Shown here: positions 19,648-29,197 of the stretch, one piece after another
Position numbering within the stretch: position 1 is the stretch's first letter
Layout of the letters: every line of letters begins with the position of its first letter
DNA from: an uncultured virus (IMG/VR IMGVR_UViG_3300007734_000747)
Taxonomy: Duplodnaviria; Heunggongvirae; Uroviricota; Caudoviricetes
Virus record (IMG/VR): IMGVR_UViG_3300007734_000747
Reading direction: 5' to 3' (one strand)
Length of the DNA stretch: 64,000 bases
Program-made: the position numbers and the translations under genes
The notes under the pieces: model-generated
The model's input: the letters and a program-made list of their open reading frames with translations, nothing else
Database searches by the model: none
Told to the model about the DNA's origin: nothing

Positions 19648-19907
19648 TAGTGTTTACCTCTTTCTTCCATAAGCTTGACCCGTACCTGTAGGTCGTGAAT
19701 TTCTTTGTAAAGCTCTTCTTTCATAACGTGGCGACGTTCGGCTGAAATAGGGCTATCAGTTGGTACGCCTTGCTCAGTAATCAAAGCTGGCATAGCGCCT
19801 TCAATCTTGGTCAAACGAGTATTGAACGATCCAACTTCAGATAGCAGCCACCCAATAGCGGCAACAAGAATAGGAAGAACGGCTTTTAAAATATCTTGCA
19901 TACTCAT
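19647..19907 (-). CDS. Small membrane protein (lysis region)
   Basis: N-terminal TM helix plus coiled coil. Confidence 0.6.
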   Translation of the reverse strand: MSMQDILKAVLPILVAAIGWLLSEVGSFNTRLTKIEGAMPALITEQGVPTDSPISAERRHVMKEELYKEIHDLQVRVKLMEERGKH

Positions 19908-20200
19908 TGTTCCCCCTGCATTTCCATTAGTATCTTTGCGCGTAACTCACGCATCTTCTTTATTTCTTCCATCGCTCTGATGGTTGCGTTGTTCATGTCC
20001 ATGTACATAAAGCCAAGTGCTGGGAGGACAATCACTAACACAACACACACCACAAGGACGGCAAAGAAAACTGTCCATGATATGTGTGGCTCATCCTTAT
20101 CAGAATCATTACCCATAGGAACCACGATATTATGAATAGCACCGCGAGTATTAGCGTCATTTGCTCCGCGATTTTTCTTTTTATATTTGCCCGTCGCCAT
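19904..20200 (-). CDS. Small membrane protein (lysis region; start uncertain)
   Basis: Single TM helix; stop overlaps the next start; 5' part overlaps the upstream gene in another frame. Confidence 0.5.
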   Translation of the reverse strand: MATGKYKKKNRGANDANTRGAIHNIVVPMGNDSDKDEPHISWTVFFAVLVVCVVLVIVLPALGFMYMDMNNATIRAMEEIKKMRELRAKILMEMQGEQ

Positions 20201-20646
20201 TGAGCCACCTGCTGCTTTAGTAGTTCTTGACGTTGCACCTCTGCACGTTCCGCTTTCACCCTATCACGCATTGCTTCAAACTCAGACCAGATTGCACCTA
20301 ACTCTTTGGGCGCTTGGTACACGAGCGTTTCGCGTAGCTCAGTTTCTAACCTATTCATTTCTTTTACTGCCATGACCCTGTTAAACGCTTCCTGATTTAC
20401 AGACAGTTCAGGGTCACGCGACTTCTTAACCTTCAACTCTTCTTCGTGTACGTGCTTCTCTAAAGACTCATGCGCTTTAAAGAAATTGCCAAGGTGTCCA
20501 GATAAATCTGCAACGACATCCTTGGCTTGTCCATACGCATCTACTAGCTCCATGCCCTGCGCTTTGTACTCCTGATACATCTCACAGCCTTTGCGTATTG
20601 CAGCGGCTGCGGTTTTTGCTGCGGCTAGGAGTGTAAGCGGGTCAAT
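20035..20646 (-). CDS. Coiled-coil membrane-anchored protein (lysis region); may start at ATT 20646
   Basis: Frame is open upstream of ATG 20580 (IDPLTLLAAAKTAAAAIRKGCE) up to the previous gene's stop; C-terminal TM helix. Confidence 0.6.
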   Translation of the reverse strand: MDPLTLLAAAKTAAAAIRKGCEMYQEYKAQGMELVDAYGQAKDVVADLSGHLGNFFKAHESLEKHVHEEELKVKKSRDPELSVNQEAFNRVMAVKEMNRLETELRETLVYQAPKELGAIWSEFEAMRDRVKAERAEVQRQELLKQQVAQWRRANIKRKIAEQMTLILAVLFIISWFLWVMILIRMSHTYHGQFSLPSLWCVLC

Positions 20647-20649
20647 GGT

Positions 20650-21003
20650 TTACGCCGCACTAATCCAAGATGTAGTAGCCTCATCCCACGAGTACATTCC
20701 ATCTGTAGGCATAGGTGTAGGAGCTTGCCATTTAGCATCAGCATCTAGCACCCAGCTTGGGAATGGCTGTGGTGGTACAAACGCATCTATATCTGCGTGG
20801 TACTTGTAACCAATACCAGCGTAGTTCTTACGCTTGTTTCCGTTGTAGCTGGTCTGTTTCCATGTGCCGCCAAGTACGCGCTCACAGAACGCAGCACCAA
20901 TATGTTCTTTCTCAGTACCGTAAGCATCAGCCGTGTCTTTGTTATCAACCACGATGACTTGGATAACCACGTTGTTTGAATCAAGCTGGGCAAAATGTGC
21001 CAT
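20650..21003 (-). CDS. Fibre-associated hypothetical protein
   Basis: MAHFAQLDSNNVV...WKQTSYNGNKRKNYAGIG...PQPFPSW; a family commonly found next to Gly-rich fibres. Confidence 0.7.
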   Translation of the reverse strand: MAHFAQLDSNNVVIQVIVVDNKDTADAYGTEKEHIGAAFCERVLGGTWKQTSYNGNKRKNYAGIGYKYHADIDAFVPPQPFPSWVLDADAKWQAPTPMPTDGMYSWDEATTSWISAA

Positions 21004-21611
21004 TACTCTTCTCCTAAATGTAAGCCAGTCAGACTTTCATCTGACCCTATGTAACCTTTAACAAAGGTATTAAACGAAATACTGATACGAGTTCCATCGC
21101 CCTGCTTAGTTTGAACCATGTGCGTCAAGTTTGATGGGAAGATAATTAAGTCACCTGCACCAACATCAAACCACCAGCTTTCACTATTCCAATGGTTCCA
21201 GTTTTCTGTTGGAATCTTGATGCGCTCGTAACCATCTTTGTAGAAATAAATCCTGTCTGTTTCTTTGTTCGCCTGCGGGTAGAACACGCCAGAAATAATG
21301 CTGTTAGGGTGAGCATGCTTGTGATGATACTGACCCGGCTCTGTGTAGTTAGACCACGACTGCGTTATGTACGGTGTTACGTCATGCTTGGGCGCGTGTA
21401 CTGACTTGAAATACTCCAGCATCGCGTCTTCTATAAACTCACGTATCTCTGTTAGCTCTACAGACTTCAGCAGCTTTCTATTCTCGCTAGTGGTATTACC
21501 CTCATTGGGATAACGTACCTGACCAATAATAAAATCCAGCTCTTGCTGGGTAAGGTCACGGTCTAGCTTAGAAAAACCTACCGCTGTAGGAAACAAATTT
21601 GTTATGTTCAT
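21003..21611 (-). CDS. 2OG-Fe(II) oxygenase (TIGR02466-like)
   Basis: HKHAHPNSIISGVFY, LIIFPSNLTHMV and RISISFN motifs; start at 21611 gives an ATGA overlap. Confidence 0.85.
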   Translation of the reverse strand: MNITNLFPTAVGFSKLDRDLTQQELDFIIGQVRYPNEGNTTSENRKLLKSVELTEIREFIEDAMLEYFKSVHAPKHDVTPYITQSWSNYTEPGQYHHKHAHPNSIISGVFYPQANKETDRIYFYKDGYERIKIPTENWNHWNSESWWFDVGAGDLIIFPSNLTHMVQTKQGDGTRISISFNTFVKGYIGSDESLTGLHLGEE

Positions 21612-21862
21612 GCAACCGCCTTGTCGTATATTTCTTGTTGACCGCGCATCTGTTCTATTTGCTCTTGAGTCCACACCGTATTAATGCTGTCCTCAAACTC
21701 TTTTATCTTTTCCATTGTATCCAGCACTTCTTCCATAGTCGGACACGGGCGTGGGTCTTCCCACCGTGTAAACATAGTGTTGCTGATCTCCCACTTAGCG
21801 CCCGGACGGAGCAAGTGCATAGCTGTGTCAATACCGTAGAGTTGATATAGTTTCGTGTCCAT
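21608..21862 (-). CDS. Small tail-fibre-associated protein
   Basis: 84 aa directly after the fibre genes; LRPGAKW..W.D.RPCPT pattern. Confidence 0.55.
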   Translation of the reverse strand: MDTKLYQLYGIDTAMHLLRPGAKWEISNTMFTRWEDPRPCPTMEEVLDTMEKIKEFEDSINTVWTQEQIEQMRGQQEIYDKAVA

Positions 21863-21866
21863 GTGT

Positions 21867-23549
21867 TTAGTAATTTAGTTTAAGAATAACTACGCCTGAA
21901 CCACCAGCAAATGATGTGTTTGCACTTCCAGCAATTCCACCGCCACCGCCTCCGGTGTTAGCCGTTCCAGCAGTTCCTGTTCCCGTTGCTCCACCAGCAC
22001 CGTTTCCGTTTCCACCACCACCAGAACCACCAGAACCAGCCGTGCCTGAATAAAATGCGCCTCCGCCTCCACCGCCAGCATACATTACTGATGTACCAGT
22101 AATTGCAGATGAAAACCCAGCACCACCATTACCAGATACAGTTCCAGTAGCACCAGTATCAGATGCTCCACCACCACCGCCACCCCTAATTTGTGTTGTG
22201 CCATTAGCTAATGATGCACCACCACCATTTCCTTGACTTGGTGAAGTAGCAGGAGTATTTCCAGCACCACCAGCATAAGAAGTGTTTGAAACTTCCCCAC
22301 CACCACCACCAGAACCGCCACTACCTCCGATAACGGGAGCAGAACCACCGCCACCACCACCACCGCCGTTAGATGTAATTGTATAAAAAGTAGAATTACC
22401 TCCAGTTCCACCTATTGCATTTGTAGATGCAGACCCAGCAGCACCCACAGTAATAGTTGATGTATTACCTGAAGTTACAGCAAAAGCAGTTCCTGTTCTA
22501 AATCCACCTGCGCCACCGCCACCGCCTGTACCATTACCTCCGCCGCCACCACCGCCACCAGCAACAACAAGATAATCCACGCTAGTAACACCAGCAGGTA
22601 TCGTATATGACTGTGTAGAGTTAAAGGTAACAGAGCTAATAACTGGGGCTACGTATCTGATGATGACTATGCCGCTGCCGCCTGCGCCGCCCAAACGACT
22701 AGCACCAGTACCGCCACCACCACCACCACCACCTGTGTTTACAGTAGCACTTGAACCATCTGCGCTGCTTCCACCAGCCGCACCACCGCCAGAACCTCCT
22801 GCACCTCCGGGACTACCACTAACAGCACCACCACCGCCACCGCCGGCATAAGTAACAGAAGGCCCTGATACAGTAGAAGCTGTTCCAGCACCGCCAGCAC
22901 CTCCTGCACTACCTGAGCCATCAGCACCAACAGCAGATGCGCCGCCGCCGCCTCCACCACCAGCAGCAGGGCTACCATTACTACCAGTGCCGCCATTACT
23001 TCCTTGAGATGGCGTAGTGCTTGGAGTATTACCGTTTCCAAAATTTGCATTTATTGGACTACCACCGCCGCCACCACCGCCGCCAGAACCGCCGGAAGCA
23101 GCTATATTTCCATTGTTGTCGTAACCGCCACCACCGCCACCCGATGACAGTATGGAACTAAAAGAAGAAAGTGAACCAGATGGCGCAGTTGCACTAGCAG
23201 TACCGCCTGCAGCACCTGCCCCAACAGCAATAGCATAAGTAGTTCCGGGAACAACAGTAAATGCAGTTCCAGTTCTAAAACCACCTGCTCCTCCGCCACC
23301 ACCCAAACCACCACCTTTACCACCACCGCCGCCACCCGCCACCACCAGATAATCCACTTGCGTAACACCAGCAGGTGCAGTCCAGTAGCCAGAAGCAGTA
23401 AAGCTGGTAGAAACAGTCGAGCCAATACCGGGCCACACGCCTGAACGAATAGCTTGCAGCGCCTGTTGCAGCGTCCAGATACCTGACGCTTGCGTGGTAG
23501 ATATTGTTACCGGATTCTTTGTGATGATCCGACCGGGATAATTACTCAT
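21867..23549 (-). CDS. Glycine-rich tail fibre/receptor-binding protein 2
   Basis: Two modules VDYLVVAGGGGGG...GGAGGFRTG...GGSG(I/V)VI; polyglycine tracts. Confidence 0.75.
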   Translation of the reverse strand: MSNYPGRIITKNPVTISTTQASGIWTLQQALQAIRSGVWPGIGSTVSTSFTASGYWTAPAGVTQVDYLVVAGGGGGGKGGGLGGGGGAGGFRTGTAFTVVPGTTYAIAVGAGAAGGTASATAPSGSLSSFSSILSSGGGGGGYDNNGNIAASGGSGGGGGGGGSPINANFGNGNTPSTTPSQGSNGGTGSNGSPAAGGGGGGGASAVGADGSGSAGGAGGAGTASTVSGPSVTYAGGGGGGAVSGSPGGAGGSGGGAAGGSSADGSSATVNTGGGGGGGGTGASRLGGAGGSGIVIIRYVAPVISSVTFNSTQSYTIPAGVTSVDYLVVAGGGGGGGGNGTGGGGGAGGFRTGTAFAVTSGNTSTITVGAAGSASTNAIGGTGGNSTFYTITSNGGGGGGGGSAPVIGGSGGSGGGGGEVSNTSYAGGAGNTPATSPSQGNGGGASLANGTTQIRGGGGGGASDTGATGTVSGNGGAGFSSAITGTSVMYAGGGGGGAFYSGTAGSGGSGGGGNGNGAGGATGTGTAGTANTGGGGGGIAGSANTSFAGGSGVVILKLNY

Positions 23550-23557
23550 CGTTCACC

Positions 23558-25243
23558 TTACGAATATAGTCTAAGAATAACAATACCTGAACCGCCATCG
23601 CCGCCAGCATTGTATGGAGACCCAGAGCTACCTGAACCGCCACCGCCGCCTCCAGTATTTGCTGTACCCGCATTTCCAGTACCGCCGCCTCCGGTTTTGC
23701 CAGCAGCTCCTCCTCCTGTGCCCCCCGGAGCAAATCCTGAATCGGATGACCCGCCTGCTCCGCCAGCATAAATTATAGAAGAGCCAGTAATAGCCGATGC
23801 TTGCCCATTGCCTCCATTGCCGCCAACACCAGCAGCACCACCAGCAGTGCCAGAAACACCAGCTCCGCCTCCGCCGCCGGACATATTAGAACCACCTGCA
23901 CCGCCGTTATTTCCTTGCGATGGACTTGTACTAGGTGTATTACCAGAGCCAGCATTGCCTCCAGAATAAGACTCCCCGCCGCCGCCTCCAGAACCGCCGC
24001 TATTAGCAGTTGCTACACTGCGACCAGCACCGCCGCCACCACCGTTAGAAGTAATTGTGCTAAATGTTGAATTGCCGCCATTACTGCCAGAAACTTCAGA
24101 ACCACCAGCAGCTCCACCAGCTCCACCAGCTCCTACTGTAATTGTGTATGCACTACCGCCAGTAACAGCTAATCCAGTGCCAGTTCTAAATCCACCAGCA
24201 CCACCGCCACCACCACGATTAACCCCACCACCTCCACCGCCAGCAACTACCAAGTAGTCAGCATAAGCAACATTAGTCGGCATTGTGTAAGTAGTAGTGC
24301 TGTTAAACGTCACAACAGTAACGCCGGGCTGTTGGTATCTAAGGATGACTATGCCTGACCCGCCTGCACCGCCTGCGTTTGGTGTTCGATTAGTAGCACC
24401 GCCACCGCCGCCAGTATTTGCTCCACCTGCTCCACCTTGGTCTGCACTAGGACTAAGCGTTCCATTGCCACCCGGAGCAAGTGCGCTACCACCACCAACT
24501 GCAACAACGTCAGACACATTTGCCCCGCCGCCCCCCCCGCCCCCGCCAATTCCACCCGCGCCAGCACCACCCGGTGCAGTCCCTAGATAAATACTACCAC
24601 CACCACCACCAGAAAAATAATACCCCAATCCAATAATAGAACTACTTAACCCAGCACCACCGGCTCCAGCAAAAGGAGAAATGTAATTAAGTCCAATGTT
24701 GCCTGCGCCGCCGCCGCCACTTCCGTTAGATGAAAGTGCTGCACCTCCGTTATTACCTTGTGATGATGGAGTTGTAGCTGGAGTATTACCCAATCCAGCA
24801 GCACCAGCAGCACCCCCGCCGCCGGAACCTCCATTAGTTGCCGCGCTTCCATTTGCACCAGAACCACCGCCACCACCATTGGAAGTAATAGTGCTAAATG
24901 TGGAATTGCCGCCGGTTCCACCAACTGCATTAGCGCCGCCTGTACCACCAGCACCAACAGTAATTGTGTACGAAGTTCCGGGGATAACAGCCAAACCTGA
25001 GCCTGTACGGAATCCACCTCCGCCACCGCCACCAGCGTTATGACCGCCGCCAGCCCCGCCGCCAGCTACAACCAGATACTCTACAGACGTAACACCTTGA
25101 GGGCATACCCATGTAGATGTCGCATTAAATATCTGCACGACAGAGGAGTAGCCTCTAAGCGTAGAAAGCGTCCAGATGCCTGAACCAAACGGTATAGGCG
25201 CGTTGGCACTTATTATCTGACCGGGATAACCATGAATTGCCAT
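23558..25243 (-). CDS. Glycine-rich tail fibre/receptor-binding protein 1
   Basis: Paralog of the neighbouring gene; same N-terminal YPG.II...SGIWTL and two Gly-rich modules. Confidence 0.75.
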   Translation of the reverse strand: MAIHGYPGQIISANAPIPFGSGIWTLSTLRGYSSVVQIFNATSTWVCPQGVTSVEYLVVAGGGAGGGHNAGGGGGGGFRTGSGLAVIPGTSYTITVGAGGTGGANAVGGTGGNSTFSTITSNGGGGGSGANGSAATNGGSGGGGAAGAAGLGNTPATTPSSQGNNGGAALSSNGSGGGGAGNIGLNYISPFAGAGGAGLSSSIIGLGYYFSGGGGGSIYLGTAPGGAGAGGIGGGGGGGGANVSDVVAVGGGSALAPGGNGTLSPSADQGGAGGANTGGGGGATNRTPNAGGAGGSGIVILRYQQPGVTVVTFNSTTTYTMPTNVAYADYLVVAGGGGGGVNRGGGGGAGGFRTGTGLAVTGGSAYTITVGAGGAGGAAGGSEVSGSNGGNSTFSTITSNGGGGGAGRSVATANSGGSGGGGGESYSGGNAGSGNTPSTSPSQGNNGGAGGSNMSGGGGGAGVSGTAGGAAGVGGNGGNGQASAITGSSIIYAGGAGGSSDSGFAPGGTGGGAAGKTGGGGTGNAGTANTGGGGGGSGSSGSPYNAGGDGGSGIVILRLYS

Positions 25244-25255
25244 AGCAACCCCTTA

Positions 25256-25654
25256 TTAAGACGATATGTCTTCGTAGCTTATTGAGTAGGTAATCCCACT
25301 AGCTGTACCAGATGTCACAGTAATGCTGTTGCCTTCTTCTAAGTAAATCGCAGTGGTTTTATCCGTAACGATTAACGAAGCGTCCGCTGGTACAGAGACT
25401 GTACTTACGATTGGATACGCAGTACCGCCCGATGGAGCAGAGCCTTGAGCAACAGCACCGTTTGAGTAAATAGACACCGTAGTATCCACAGCAGCAGAAC
25501 CGTTCACATTAGCTGCAACAATCTGATTGATCTTTAAGACCTTGCCAGATGAAGCAGCGTTAGGTAACAGAACCACCGCAGAAGTGCCTGACGGCGTGAG
25601 GTACGTAGTCTTACCATAAATGGTAGTGACGTTAACAATATTGGGGTTAGCCAT
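25256..25654 (-). CDS. Virion structural protein (fibre-associated)
   Basis: 132 aa, beta-rich; AAGGAG RBS. Confidence 0.65.
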   Translation of the reverse strand: MANPNIVNVTTIYGKTTYLTPSGTSAVVLLPNAASSGKVLKINQIVAANVNGSAAVDTTVSIYSNGAVAQGSAPSGGTAYPIVSTVSVPADASLIVTDKTTAIYLEEGNSITVTSGTASGITYSISYEDISS

Positions 25655-25684
25655 AATTACTCCTTAGAATCCAAAAATTAACCG

Positions 25685-26344
25685 CTAGAAGCCGAAGATC
25701 ATCGAAAGAGCTATAGATTTTCCAGCAGATATACCACCACTTGAAGTTGACCAAGCTAGTGTTCCACTGCCGTTAGTCGAAAGAAACTGACCGTTTGTAC
25801 CGTCCGCACCGGGTAGAGTCCACGTTACGTTAGTAGCCACTGTAGTAGGCGCAGCAAACGCTACATATTGACCACCGGTTGCGTCTTCAAAACGTAAAGG
25901 GCCTTGAGCTTGTAAATTTATCTGCCCCGCAGCAAACGTCGGTGCGTAGTTGTTTGCGACTACAACATTAGTTGCGTTGTTAAATACGGTCAAAGTCACG
26001 CCGGTGGGAACAGCTATACCGGTGCCACTAGAGTTTTTAATCGTAACCGTATCTGCTGTGCCGTTGTTGACGATGTACTGTTTGGCAATGGCTGGAACAA
26101 TTAAGTTACGCGCACCGCCAGATGTACCGGTCAAGTTAAGACGTAGGGCACGAGCATTCTGCGCAGCGTTAGTATCGGTAAGCGTTAGTGTTACATCAGC
26201 GCTCGCAAACGTAATATCCACTGTACCCGTAATAGCCTGCTGAATCGCAGTGCCAAGGTTAGTGTTAGTTGTAGCGCCCCATGTACCTGCTTGGTCACCC
26301 GTACCAATTAGTTCAAATTTTAAATCGCTGTATGTACTTGCCAT
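25685..26344 (-). CDS. Tail fibre proximal/anchor protein
   Basis: MASTYSDLKFELIGTGDQAGTWG N-terminus; TLPGADGTNGQFLSTNGSGTLAW fibre repeat. Confidence 0.65.
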   Translation of the reverse strand: MASTYSDLKFELIGTGDQAGTWGATTNTNLGTAIQQAITGTVDITFASADVTLTLTDTNAAQNARALRLNLTGTSGGARNLIVPAIAKQYIVNNGTADTVTIKNSSGTGIAVPTGVTLTVFNNATNVVVANNYAPTFAAGQINLQAQGPLRFEDATGGQYVAFAAPTTVATNVTWTLPGADGTNGQFLSTNGSGTLAWSTSSGGISAGKSIALSMIFGF

Positions 26345-26353
26345 AATTCTTCC

Positions 26354-27034
26354 TTACTGATTAGTGTTTATGAGTGTCCAACTGCCATTAACGTCTGTAT
26401 CAATTGGTTCCCACAATAGCCTTCTATTTACAACGTCCTGCGCACGAGCTGTTTCATTAACCCCAATAGAATACACACCGTTAGGGAAAATCTGATCTGT
26501 TGCGTTACTTGTTTCGTTAGCAGCTACAACAAAAATACCTAACGCACTTACTATACTGTCTGCGTTTACCGTTTCTAGGGTTGTCGCAGGGAATACTGCG
26601 GTTACACTAGTTGTGTCTGTACTGTTTGCTGTTTCATCTATATAGCTAATTACAAGGCTCGTTATGGTTGCACTTGTTTCATCTACTATATTCGCCGTTT
26701 CTGACACCAACCCCGTAATAGGTACTGCAATATCTCCAGATGATGAGTCAGCAGCATTAACTGTTTCAGTAATACTTACTGCAATATTTTGGTTTGTTGT
26801 TATAACTACGTCAGTTGCAGTTGCTGTTTCATCTACAGAAGACAAAAAAGCGGGTGCGGAAGATACCGTATCAGACGCGCTAACTAAGCCACCATCACCT
26901 AAACCCCAACCAGCAAAACCCCAATCACCAAGCCCCCAGCCTGCATTGGTAACTAACGGATAATAGACCGAGCAACCCCATGCCGCAGGCCCGCCCCATT
27001 CTCCGCTGCTATAGCCACCATCGACTTGGGCCAC
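26354..27034 (-). CDS. Virion structural protein
   Basis: GTG start; GWG repeats and repeated ETAxxxD motifs. Confidence 0.6.
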   Translation of the reverse strand: MAQVDGGYSSGEWGGPAAWGCSVYYPLVTNAGWGLGDWGFAGWGLGDGGLVSASDTVSSAPAFLSSVDETATATDVVITTNQNIAVSITETVNAADSSSGDIAVPITGLVSETANIVDETSATITSLVISYIDETANSTDTTSVTAVFPATTLETVNADSIVSALGIFVVAANETSNATDQIFPNGVYSIGVNETARAQDVVNRRLLWEPIDTDVNGSWTLINTNQ

Positions 27035-27037
27035 ACA

Positions 27038-27214
27038 TTACCCCGCAGAAACAATCTGGTCTTCCGTAAACCAACGCTCATGCGTTACGCCATCCGCAGC
27101 CCACTCCAATAGGTAATAGATAATACCGTCATCGTCCATACGCATCTTAACGATAGGGCCTTGTGGCACAACAGTATTAACCTTAACTATGTCGCCTTTT
27201 TTAAATGCTGGCAT
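27038..27214 (-). CDS. 58-aa small beta-barrel-like protein (not in the ORF track)
   Basis: MPAFKKGDIVKVNTVVPQGPIVKMRMDDDGIIYYLLEWAADGVTHERWFTEDQIVSAG*; AGGAG RBS; fills the intergenic gap. Confidence 0.7.
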   Translation of the reverse strand: MPAFKKGDIVKVNTVVPQGPIVKMRMDDDGIIYYLLEWAADGVTHERWFTEDQIVSAG

Positions 27215-27226
27215 TTTTATCTCCTA

Positions 27227-27817
27227 TTAGGTCGCGTCAAGGTTGAACGTATAAGTAACAAGCAACACGTCACCATTAATAACAGCGCGATCACCGGGGG
27301 ACTGAAAGTCCGAAACCGAGAACAATATGCCCGAAGTACCCGACGCTACTGAGCAAAGGAAAGCACCAGCAATCGTAGTAGTAGCATTCATAGTAAATGA
27401 AGCTGTGTTCAACGCATTAGTAATAACCGATGGGTCAGCCGTAGTAGCTGTACCAAACGTACAAGCCTTACGAGTACCAGAATAACTAGTGTTTTCAGTC
27501 CAACCGCCCGAACCAGTAGCGCCGTGAGAAGCCAACGTATCACCAGCGGAGAAAGTAGTGCTTGAAGCTGGGCCGGTAACTAAACCTAAGTACCAAGCAG
27601 CCGTGTAGGTTGTGCCCGTAAAATACTTGGTGTTCATATCCTGTAAACCTACATTAACCACTAGGTTAGGGTTTGATTCTTCCCATTTCAAGTTGCCATC
27701 TTTGTCGCGGCAGGTAACAGTAAAAACACCGCCAGCAAACGCGTTATGGACAAAATCGGATTTGCGTATTACGGCGCTTGAAACCGCTTCGCTTGTTTTT
27801 GATGTTTCAGAATGCAT
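27227..27817 (-). CDS. Virion structural protein
   Basis: 196 aa, Thr/Gly-rich; NLVVNVG motif; GGAG RBS. Confidence 0.65.
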   Translation of the reverse strand: MHSETSKTSEAVSSAVIRKSDFVHNAFAGGVFTVTCRDKDGNLKWEESNPNLVVNVGLQDMNTKYFTGTTYTAAWYLGLVTGPASSTTFSAGDTLASHGATGSGGWTENTSYSGTRKACTFGTATTADPSVITNALNTASFTMNATTTIAGAFLCSVASGTSGILFSVSDFQSPGDRAVINGDVLLVTYTFNLDAT

Positions 27818-27826
27818 GGTTGCTCC

Positions 27827-28249
27827 TCAAGGAAAACGAATTAAAGCCGTCGTTGCCGAATTAGTAGGCATAGTGACGGTAAAAGTTTGATTGGTACAAG
27901 TTTTATCCGCACCAAAATCCAACACAGCTACAGAAGCATTGCTTTGCGAAGCGTTATAAATAAGTGCCCCGCGTGTAGTAAAGGACGCATTCGTCCACAC
28001 TACGTTACTAAAATTTATATACACAACTCCGTCTGCGCTAGTGCTTATGGTCACACCTGATAGGGTGTTTCCTCCTGCTGTATACCCTGTACCTGTTATT
28101 TCATTTGTTGTCGAGTACACAGTTGTATCTGGGCCTAATGCGGCAAAACCTGTATACAACGCGAGCTTTAAAGTATTAGCCGCCAAGTTCTGCTGGCCTT
28201 GAACCATTTGGCTTTTAAAGCTTGTCGTTAAACCCTGTGTAAAAGACAT
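27827..28249 (-). CDS. Virion structural protein
   Basis: LKLALYT..NEITGTGYTAGG..RGALIYN..VLDFGADK motifs. Confidence 0.65.
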   Translation of the reverse strand: MSFTQGLTTSFKSQMVQGQQNLAANTLKLALYTGFAALGPDTTVYSTTNEITGTGYTAGGNTLSGVTISTSADGVVYINFSNVVWTNASFTTRGALIYNASQSNASVAVLDFGADKTCTNQTFTVTMPTNSATTALIRFP

Positions 28250-28923
28250 TACGGATTAACCTTAATCTTTGCCTGACCATCACGGTACGCATCACCACGC
28301 TCAAGACCTGTACCCAGACGATTCAATTGCATCAATGAGTCATCAAACTTCTTCTGGTAATACAACATCATGTCCTGCTCACCCTTCATAAAGGTGTAGG
28401 CTTCTACCAACGCGCCGTATAACAAAACAGGATCGTAGTTGTCCCCCAGCCATGTACGCCCATCAGCAGCCACAGTAATTGACTCTGGGTAGTAGTAATA
28501 GTGCAGCTCTACATTGTATTGAGCGTCAGGCGTAGGAGCTACAATAAAGCTCAACTCGTCTGAAACTACACCACCAGCCACTGTAGGCCCAAACAACGCA
28601 TAATACTGTGGTACCCCGGTCGTACTTGCGTTTGGATACGCCGCCCGCATAAAGTTAACGTCTTTGTTAAGTAAGTATTCAAACCGACCGTCTGCATCTA
28701 TTACCGCAAAAGAAAAGGCCGATAAAAAATCAAGTGGGCAAGACAAATACTTATTACTAGAACTCACAATACCTGTGACGTTTTTACGCAGTGGCGGTAT
28801 CTGCACCGAGTTGTAGATGCGCGTTTCAGCCTGAGTTACAAAGACAGGAATATTAGCTACAAAGTCTGTCTCGTAGTTCTCTGTGTACGACTTAATAGCT
28901 GCAACTAACTGTGTGTACGTCAC
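28249..28923 (-). CDS. Head-tail adaptor/tail tubular A-like protein
   Basis: Probable GTG start at 28923 (MTYTQLVAAIKSY) with AAGGA RBS; AETRIY, PTPD and LLYGALVEA motifs. Confidence 0.65.
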   Translation of the reverse strand: MTYTQLVAAIKSYTENYETDFVANIPVFVTQAETRIYNSVQIPPLRKNVTGIVSSSNKYLSCPLDFLSAFSFAVIDADGRFEYLLNKDVNFMRAAYPNASTTGVPQYYALFGPTVAGGVVSDELSFIVAPTPDAQYNVELHYYYYPESITVAADGRTWLGDNYDPVLLYGALVEAYTFMKGEQDMMLYYQKKFDDSLMQLNRLGTGLERGDAYRDGQAKIKVNP

Positions 28924-28933
28924 TACTATTCCT

Positions 28934-29197
28934 TTAGGCCATAGGGCCGCGGCACATAAAACCTTTAGTGGCTGCGCCAGCACCGCGCATCTTAATACCA
29001 TCGGTTTTAGCTGGCTTAGTATTACCTTTGCTGATGCCACCAACAGAGATATTAGCAACATCCAACGCTTTAGCGCCAGTAGTATAAGCAGAATCAGCTT
29101 GAATGCTCGACGCTTTACCCTTCATATCATGAGGAGCTGCGTACGTAGGAGCTTGACCTACTTCTTTACCGCCACGCTTCTGAGAAAATTTAGCCAT
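28934..29197 (-). CDS. Small basic virion-associated protein
   Basis: 87 aa; C-terminal KTDGIKMRGAGAATKG; translationally coupled to the upstream gene. Confidence 0.7.
   Translation of the reverse strand: MAKFSQKRGGKEVGQAPTYAAPHDMKGKASSIQADSAYTTGAKALDVANISVGGISKGNTKPAKTDGIKMRGAGAATKGFMCRGPMA

Noticed and set aside
21867..25243. Diversity-generating retroelement in the repeated fibre modules
   Set aside because: No reverse transcriptase, and the differences between modules are not adenine-specific.
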